From: Pelagibacteraceae bacterium AG-319-F18
GTDB lineage: Bacteria; Pseudomonadota; Alphaproteobacteria; Pelagibacterales; Pelagibacteraceae
NCBI GenBank assembly: GCA_003283905.1
Contig: QBXA01000004.1
Location: 11,975 to 75,974 of the forward strand
Length of the DNA: 64,000 nt
Reading direction: 5' to 3'
The position numbers and the translations under genes are program-made. Positions 58,226-64,000 of this stretch are shown here, one piece after another. Position 1 is the first letter of the stretch, and each line of letters begins with the position of its first letter. Under the pieces are notes generated by a model. The model searched no databases. It was given only the letters and a program-made list of their open reading frames with translations, and was not told where the DNA came from.

Positions 58226-59260
58226 ATGAGAAAAATAAATATCTCAATCGTTGGGACTGGTTTAATGGGCCTTCAACACATTAATGCTATAACAAAATCA
58301 AATAAAGCTAATCTACATTCAATTGTTGATATTAGTAAAAATGCTCTTAATTTATCGAAAAGATATAAAGTACCATTATATTCTCATGTAAGAGACCTTT
58401 TAAAAGCAAAAAATTTAGATGCAGTAATTATTGCAACACCTAATCAACTTCATGAAAAACATACAGTGAGTTTTTTAGAAAAAAAAATACCTGTTTTATT
58501 AGAAAAACCAATTGCAGATAATATAAAGTCAGCAAATAAAATTATTAAAAGTTCAAAAAAAAACAAAACAGCTTTATTGATAGGATATCATCGAAGACAT
58601 AATTCGATTGTATTAAAAGTAAAAAAGATAATAGATTCAGGCAAATTGGGAAATATTGTTTCTGCAAATGTTTTATGCTGGCTTTATAAGCATAAAGAAT
58701 ATTACAAAGAAAAATGGAGAACAAGTAAAGGGGGGGGTCCTTTAGGGATTAATCTTGTTCATGACATTGACATGATTTGTTATTTGCTAGGTCCAATTCA
58801 ATATGTTCAAGCTTTTACAACTAATAAAACTAGAAAATTTAAAGTTGAAGACACGGCAACAGTTAGTTTAATTTTTAAGTCGGGCGCATTATGCACTCTT
58901 AATATTTCCGACACCATTGTAGCTCCATGGAGTTATGAATTAACTGCAGGTGAAAATCCAGCCTATCCGACAACTAATCAGTCAGCTTATATGATTGGTG
59001 GAACTAAAGAATCTTTACAATTTCCAAATTTAAAAAATTGGTTTTACAAAAAAGAAAGAAGTTGGTGGAATAAGATATTAGCAAAAGATGATATTAAAAA
59101 AAAAGATGACAATACTCTTATTAACCAGATAAATCATTTTGCTGATGTGGTAACTAAAAAAATTAAACCAAAAGTAAATGGTAATGATGGTTTAGCTTCA
59201 CTTAAAATTTTTGCGGCAATTACTAAAAGCGCAAGATGTGGAAAAAAAATTAGACTTTAA
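58226..59260 (+). CDS. Gfo/Idh/MocA oxidoreductase
   Basis: GTGLMG, LEKPI, GYHRRHN, GGPLGINLVHDID, PWSYELTAGENP. Confidence 0.85.
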   Translation: MRKINISIVGTGLMGLQHINAITKSNKANLHSIVDISKNALNLSKRYKVPLYSHVRDLLKAKNLDAVIIATPNQLHEKHTVSFLEKKIPVLLEKPIADNIKSANKIIKSSKKNKTALLIGYHRRHNSIVLKVKKIIDSGKLGNIVSANVLCWLYKHKEYYKEKWRTSKGGGPLGINLVHDIDMICYLLGPIQYVQAFTTNKTRKFKVEDTATVSLIFKSGALCTLNISDTIVAPWSYELTAGENPAYPTTNQSAYMIGGTKESLQFPNLKNWFYKKERSWWNKILAKDDIKKKDDNTLINQINHFADVVTKKIKPKVNGNDGLASLKIFAAITKSARCGKKIRL

Positions 59261-60125
59261 CCTTATCTTTATTACCTTCTGTTCGAATAAATAATAATCC
59301 AAATATAATTATTCCAATCACACCTATAATTTTATTATAATCAAAAGGTACTCCGAAAATTAAGAAATTTACAATAGTAGACCATATTAATTGCGAATAT
59401 TGAAAATTAGTGACAAATGATAAGTTAGATAATTGTATTGCATAAATTATTAATGAATGACTTATAAATCCTGCTACACCAAGTAATATTAAATAAAGCC
59501 AATAAATATTTTTTTCTAAAGGTACCCAATTAAAAGATATAAAAATACTAAAAATAATTGCTCCTAAAATTGAAGTATAAAAAATTGCAGCAAAAGGATC
59601 GTTGTCAGTCGATATAACTTTTGTAAAAAACTGATAAAGCGCCCAGCAAATAGGAGGCACAATCGGAAAAATTAAGTCTACACTAAATATTTTCATGCTT
59701 GGTCCTACTGCGTAGATAATTGAACCAAAACTTAGAAGCATTAACATTATTCCTTTAAAAGATAAAATATCTTTTAAAAAATATGCAGATAGCAATGAAA
59801 CTATTAAGGGTGCAGAAAAGAAAACGACATATATATCTACTAAGTCAAATTTTTGTAAAGAATAAAACATGAATGTTGTGGCTGTCACCATCAATATGGA
59901 TCTTATTATTTGCAGTTTGAAATTTTTTTTTAAATTTACTTTTGGTTTGAAGATTAAAAAAAATATAATTAGAGATATTAAATGAAAAAAAAATCTTCCC
60001 CAAATTGCTTGAGTAATTGGCATTACAGTTCCTAGGTATTTTGCTGTAGAGTCCATACAGACAAACATAAAAAAACCACCAGCAGCTAATAAAATTACAT
60101 TAAATAAAGGGTTTTGTTGAGGCAC
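59250..60125 (-). CDS. DMT/EamA family transporter (start uncertain; GTG at 60125 or the track start at 60164)
   Basis: About 10 TM helices; MDSTAKYL, WGRF, FSAPL, FQYSQLIW. Confidence 0.75.
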   Translation of the reverse strand: MPQQNPLFNVILLAAGGFFMFVCMDSTAKYLGTVMPITQAIWGRFFFHLISLIIFFLIFKPKVNLKKNFKLQIIRSILMVTATTFMFYSLQKFDLVDIYVVFFSAPLIVSLLSAYFLKDILSFKGIMLMLLSFGSIIYAVGPSMKIFSVDLIFPIVPPICWALYQFFTKVISTDNDPFAAIFYTSILGAIIFSIFISFNWVPLEKNIYWLYLILLGVAGFISHSLIIYAIQLSNLSFVTNFQYSQLIWSTIVNFLIFGVPFDYNKIIGVIGIIIFGLLFIRTEGNKDKVKV

Positions 60126-60139
60126 AATGCAGATCTTTA

Positions 60140-61645
60140 TTACATTACCACGCCTACTTGCCAAGGATTAAATTCCTCGTCACCGTAGCCGTTAATCTCA
60201 CTTTTTGACTTATTTCCAGATGCTGTATTTACTATTAATTCAAATATTTTTTGTCCTACTTCTTCTATTTTTTCTTTACCTTCAGCGATGGTTCCGCAGT
60301 TGATGTCCATATCTTCTGACATTTTTTCATATATGGCTGAATTAGTTGAAAGTTTTAAACTTGGAACAGGTTTACATCCAAAACATGATCCTCTACCAGT
60401 AGTAAAACAAATAACATTTGCTCCTGATGCCACTTGACCAGTTACTGATACAGGGTCATAACCTGGAGAGTCCATAAAATTAAAACCTTTATTTTTTAGA
60501 GGCTCTGCATATAATAATACATCTTGAAGTACAGAGTTGCCTCCTTTAGCAACAGCTCCTAAAGATTTTTCTAAAATTGTAGTTAAACCTCCTTTTTTAT
60601 TACCTGGTGCAGGATTGTTATCCATCGAACTATTATTGATTGAAGTATAATGTCTCCACCATTCAATTCTCTTAATTAACTTATCAGCAGTCTCTTGTGA
60701 GTTAGCTCTATTAATTAGCAAGTGTTCAGCTCCATATATTTCTGGTGTTTCAGCTAATATTGAACTACCACCTTTTTTAACTAAAAGATCTGCAGCAACA
60801 CCTAATGCAGGGTTTGCAGTAATTCCAGAATATCCATCAGATCCACCACACTGTAATGCAAGATTTAGATGATTTACAGGCTGTGATGTTCTTTCTATTT
60901 TATTTGCTTCAGATAACAAATTTTTAATTTGAGAAAATACTTTATCCACAATTTTTTTTGTTCCACCTTCATCTTGAATTGTTAAAAAATGAATTCTATT
61001 ATGTTTTTTGATAGACTCATCAAACAAGCTTACTTGAGCACATTCACAACCTAAACCAATTACAAAAACATGTGAAAAATTTGGGTGATTTTTAAATCCA
61101 TCAATAGTTCTTTGAAACATTTGCATCCCCTCACTTTCTGTATTCATTCCACATCCAGTAGAATGAGTAATTGGAACTATTCCATCAATATTAGGGTAAT
61201 CTTTTAAAATATTAGAATATTTAATTTTCTCAACAATCATTTTAGTAACGGTCGCAGAGCAATTTACTGTACTTACTAAACCGATATAATTTCTGGTAGC
61301 TACTTGTCCATTGTCTCTTAAAATTCCATTGAAGAAAGTATCTGCTTTTTCACTAACGATATTTTTTTTATCTGTAATTTTAAAATCTCTTTTGAATTCT
61401 CTAAATTCTAGATTATGTGAATGAACATGCTCTCCTGGCTTAATATCATTAAGAGCAAAACCTATTATTTGATCATATTTAATAATAGGATCTCCTTTAT
61501 TGATAGATTTTAAGCAAACTTTATGACCAAAAGGTATAGGGTCTAGTGTACTAATTTCATGCCCTTCTATTTTAGTTTTTTCCGGAATAATAAATTGACT
61601 TACGCCTACGTTGTCATTTTGGTTTAAAACTATTAGATTATTCAT
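60140..61645 (-). CDS. UxaA/GarD-family sugar acid dehydratase (SAF + altronate dehydratase domain)
   Basis: DNVGV, IPFGHK, HVHSHN, ATRNY, HSTGCG, GLGCE, QCGGSDGYSG, PGNKKGGLTT, FTTGRG. Confidence 0.88.
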   Translation of the reverse strand: MNNLIVLNQNDNVGVSQFIIPEKTKIEGHEISTLDPIPFGHKVCLKSINKGDPIIKYDQIIGFALNDIKPGEHVHSHNLEFREFKRDFKITDKKNIVSEKADTFFNGILRDNGQVATRNYIGLVSTVNCSATVTKMIVEKIKYSNILKDYPNIDGIVPITHSTGCGMNTESEGMQMFQRTIDGFKNHPNFSHVFVIGLGCECAQVSLFDESIKKHNRIHFLTIQDEGGTKKIVDKVFSQIKNLLSEANKIERTSQPVNHLNLALQCGGSDGYSGITANPALGVAADLLVKKGGSSILAETPEIYGAEHLLINRANSQETADKLIKRIEWWRHYTSINNSSMDNNPAPGNKKGGLTTILEKSLGAVAKGGNSVLQDVLLYAEPLKNKGFNFMDSPGYDPVSVTGQVASGANVICFTTGRGSCFGCKPVPSLKLSTNSAIYEKMSEDMDINCGTIAEGKEKIEEVGQKIFELIVNTASGNKSKSEINGYGDEEFNPWQVGVVM

Positions 61646-61693
61646 ATTTTTATTATATAGTTAATATTCTAAACAAACCATTATAAATAATTT

Positions 61694-63478
61694 ATGTCAT
61701 TAAAACGTAAAAAAAATTTAAGAAGTCAGAAATGGTTTAATAATCCAAAAGATCCTGAAATGACGGCTCTCTATTTAGAGCGATATCTGAATTATGGATT
61801 AACTAGAAAAGAATTACAATCTGGAAATCCTATAATTGGAATTGCTCAATCTGGAAGTGATCTTTCACCATGTAACAGACACTTTTTATCTTTAAGCAAA
61901 AGAATAAAAGATGGAATTAGAAGAGCCGGTGGTATTCCAATGGAGTTTCCAACCCATCCAATTCAAGAAACTGGCAAAAGACCTACTGCAATGTTAGATA
62001 GAAATCTTTCTTATTTATCTTTAGTCGAGGTTTTGTATGGCTATCCAATTGATGGAGTAATACTAACAACAGGTTGTGATAAAACAACTCCAGCAGCATT
62101 AATGGCTGCAGCAACAGTAAATATTCCTGCAATTGTTTTGTCAGGTGGGCCAATGTTAGATGGAATTTATAAAGGTAAGTTAGCCGGATCAGGTATGGTA
62201 GTTTGGGAAGCTAGAAAACTTTTAGCTAAAGGTGAAATTAATTATGAAGAATTTATGGATATGGTCGCATCATCAGCTCCATCCGTTGGTCATTGTAATA
62301 CTATGGGTACTGCATCATCTATGAATTCAGTTGCTGAGGCACTAGGAATGTCTTTAACTGGTTGTGCTGTTATACCTGCACCATATAGAGAGCGAGAACA
62401 AATATCTTTTGAAACTGGTAAAAGAATTGTGGGAATGGTTAATGAAGACTTAACTCCATCTAAAATTATGACTCGTAAAGCATTTGAAAACGCTGTTGTT
62501 GTTGCAAGTGCAATTGGTGGCTCAAGTAACTGTACAGCTCATTTAAGTGCAATTGCAAAGCATATGGGAATTAAATTTAATTTATCTGATTGGCAAAAGA
62601 TAGGACACAATATTCCACTTTTAGTCAATTGCCAACCAGCTGGAAAATATTTAATGGAAAGTTTTTATAGAGCAGGTGGAGTACCTGCTGTTATGAAAGA
62701 ATTGATAAGAAATAAAAAAATTCACACTAATATAATGACTGTTACAGGAAAGACAGTGGGTAAAAATTTAAAAAGAAAAATAGATGTAGATCCTAAAGTA
62801 ATTAAAAATTTCAAAAATAGTATGGAAGATAAAGCAGGGTTTTTAGTTATGAAAAGTAATTTTTTCTCATCAGCTATTATGAAAACTTCAGTAATCAGCA
62901 AAGAATTTAGAGATAGATATCTCTCTGATGCAAAAAAACCTAATGTTTTTAATGGTAAAACCGTTGTGTTTGAGGGGCCAGAGGACTATCATAAAAGAAT
63001 TAATGATAAAAAGTTGAAAATAGATGAAAACTCTATTCTTATTATCAGAGGCTGTGGACCAGTTGGTTATCCAGGATCTGCCGAAGTAGTTAATATGCAA
63101 CCACCTGATAGACTGTTAAAAAAAGGAATTGTACATTTACCAACTCTTGGAGACGGTAGACAAAGTGGTACCTCTGAAAGTCCATCAATTCTTCATGTTT
63201 CACCAGAATCTGCGGTAGGAGGTGATTTAGGGATTGTTAAAACAGGTGATAAAATGAAAATAGATTTAAATAAAAGAAGAGTAGATTTATTGATTTCTCA
63301 ATCTGAATTTAAAAAAAGAAGAAAAAATAAAAAATTGTTTAAAGCAAACAACCAAACTCCATGGCAAGAAATTTTTAGAAATACAGTGAGCCAACTTGAA
63401 GATGGTGCTTGTATTAAATCGCGTGGAACATATTTAGATATTTCTAATAAAAAAGGTCTTCCAAGAAATTCTCATTAA
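61694..63478 (+). CDS. IlvD/Edd-family sugar acid dehydratase (D-xylonate dehydratase XylD-like)
   Basis: MTALYLERYLNYG, GSDLSPCNRH, GCDKTTP, GHCNTMGTA, DGRQSGTS. Confidence 0.85.
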   Translation: MSLKRKKNLRSQKWFNNPKDPEMTALYLERYLNYGLTRKELQSGNPIIGIAQSGSDLSPCNRHFLSLSKRIKDGIRRAGGIPMEFPTHPIQETGKRPTAMLDRNLSYLSLVEVLYGYPIDGVILTTGCDKTTPAALMAAATVNIPAIVLSGGPMLDGIYKGKLAGSGMVVWEARKLLAKGEINYEEFMDMVASSAPSVGHCNTMGTASSMNSVAEALGMSLTGCAVIPAPYREREQISFETGKRIVGMVNEDLTPSKIMTRKAFENAVVVASAIGGSSNCTAHLSAIAKHMGIKFNLSDWQKIGHNIPLLVNCQPAGKYLMESFYRAGGVPAVMKELIRNKKIHTNIMTVTGKTVGKNLKRKIDVDPKVIKNFKNSMEDKAGFLVMKSNFFSSAIMKTSVISKEFRDRYLSDAKKPNVFNGKTVVFEGPEDYHKRINDKKLKIDENSILIIRGCGPVGYPGSAEVVNMQPPDRLLKKGIVHLPTLGDGRQSGTSESPSILHVSPESAVGGDLGIVKTGDKMKIDLNKRRVDLLISQSEFKKRRKNKKLFKANNQTPWQEIFRNTVSQLEDGACIKSRGTYLDISNKKGLPRNSH

Positions 63479-63479
63479 A

Positions 63480-64000
63480 ATGAAACCAAAAATACTAGTT
63501 ACAAGAAAATTATCAGATAGAGCAGAGGAGAAATTAAACAAAAACTTTGATGTAACTCTTAATTTAAAAGATGAACCGATTGCAAATGATGATCTTATCA
63601 AGATGGCTAATGAATATGATGGAATTATTTCTACAGGCTTTGATAAAATTGGAGAAGAGTTTTTTAAAGATTTAAATGGAAGATTAAAAATTATAGCTCA
63701 GGTTGGAGTAGGCTACGATAATATCTCTGTTAAATCTGCTGAAAGTAAAAAAATTAAAGTTACTAATACACCAAATGTTTTAAATGATGCTGTTGCTGAA
63801 ACAACTATTCTTTTGATTTTAGCTGCATCAAGAAGAATAGGTGAGGCTTATAATCTTGTAAGATCAGGAACATGGAAAGATCAAAAGCCAGATTTAACTA
63901 AATTTATGATTGGTAATTCAGTTACAGGTAAAACTCTCGGTATAATAGGATTGGGTCGTATTGGTAGAATGGCAGCTAAATGTGCAAAAGCATTTGGTAT
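63480..64000 (+). CDS. D-glycerate dehydrogenase/glyoxylate reductase family, truncated by window end
   Basis: My translation from ATG 63480: MKPKILVTRKL...IAQVGVGYDNI...VTNTPNVLNDAVAE...GIIGLGRIG. Confidence 0.85.
   Translation, partial: MKPKILVTRKLSDRAEEKLNKNFDVTLNLKDEPIANDDLIKMANEYDGIISTGFDKIGEEFFKDLNGRLKIIAQVGVGYDNISVKSAESKKIKVTNTPNVLNDAVAETTILLILAASRRIGEAYNLVRSGTWKDQKPDLTKFMIGNSVTGKTLGIIGLGRIGRMAAKCAKAFG

Noticed and set aside
1122-63100. Short alternative-frame or antisense ORFs in the track (e.g. 1122..1445, 7514..7759, 17474..17782, 22338..22682, 43898..44242, 53189..53413, 62888..63100)
   Set aside because: They lie within or largely overlap well-supported genes, lack motifs and are mostly shadows of the sense-strand codon pattern
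61694-63478. Branched-chain amino acid dihydroxy-acid dehydratase ilvD
   Set aside because: The N-terminal signature and sugar-catabolic context match the sugar-acid dehydratase subfamily

Overview
This is an AT-rich, densely packed alphaproteobacterial chromosome segment. Very short intergenic spacers, overlapping convergent stop codons and gene content point to a SAR11/Pelagibacterales-like marine bacterium (inference). It has two large blocks. (1) ~1-23.7 kb is a methylated-amine locus: TMAO ABC transporter (tmoX/W/V-like), TMAO demethylase (tdm), N-methylglutamate synthase mgsABC, gmaS and a divergent Amt. Less expected passengers are a second glutamine-synthetase-like enzyme paired with a DAO-family flavoprotein, a malyl-CoA lyase/malate thiokinase (mcl-mtkAB) operon, and a diaminopropionate ammonia-lyase 3 bp downstream of gmaS. 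(2) ~23.7-64 kb is a sugar, cyclitol and sugar-acid catabolic region: iolG/iolE/iolD without iolB/iolC, two sugar ABC systems, a tripartite tricarboxylate transporter and non-phosphorylative dehydrogenases/dehydratases/aldolase. It also holds an embedded accessory cassette (WbuX/HisH/HisF-like trio, beta-propeller protein, two Fe/2OG oxygenases, PanE, a C11orf54/DUF1907 homologue and a divergent PanB). I recognised no rRNA, tRNA, CRISPR array or mobile element. The leading hypotheses are a candidate alternative dimethylamine/N-methylglutamate step, a possible N-methyl-diaminopropionate (BMAA) lyase feeding GmaS, a glyoxylate-generating serine-cycle module, and an IolB/IolC-independent inositol route. 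All calls come from motif recognition without database searches.
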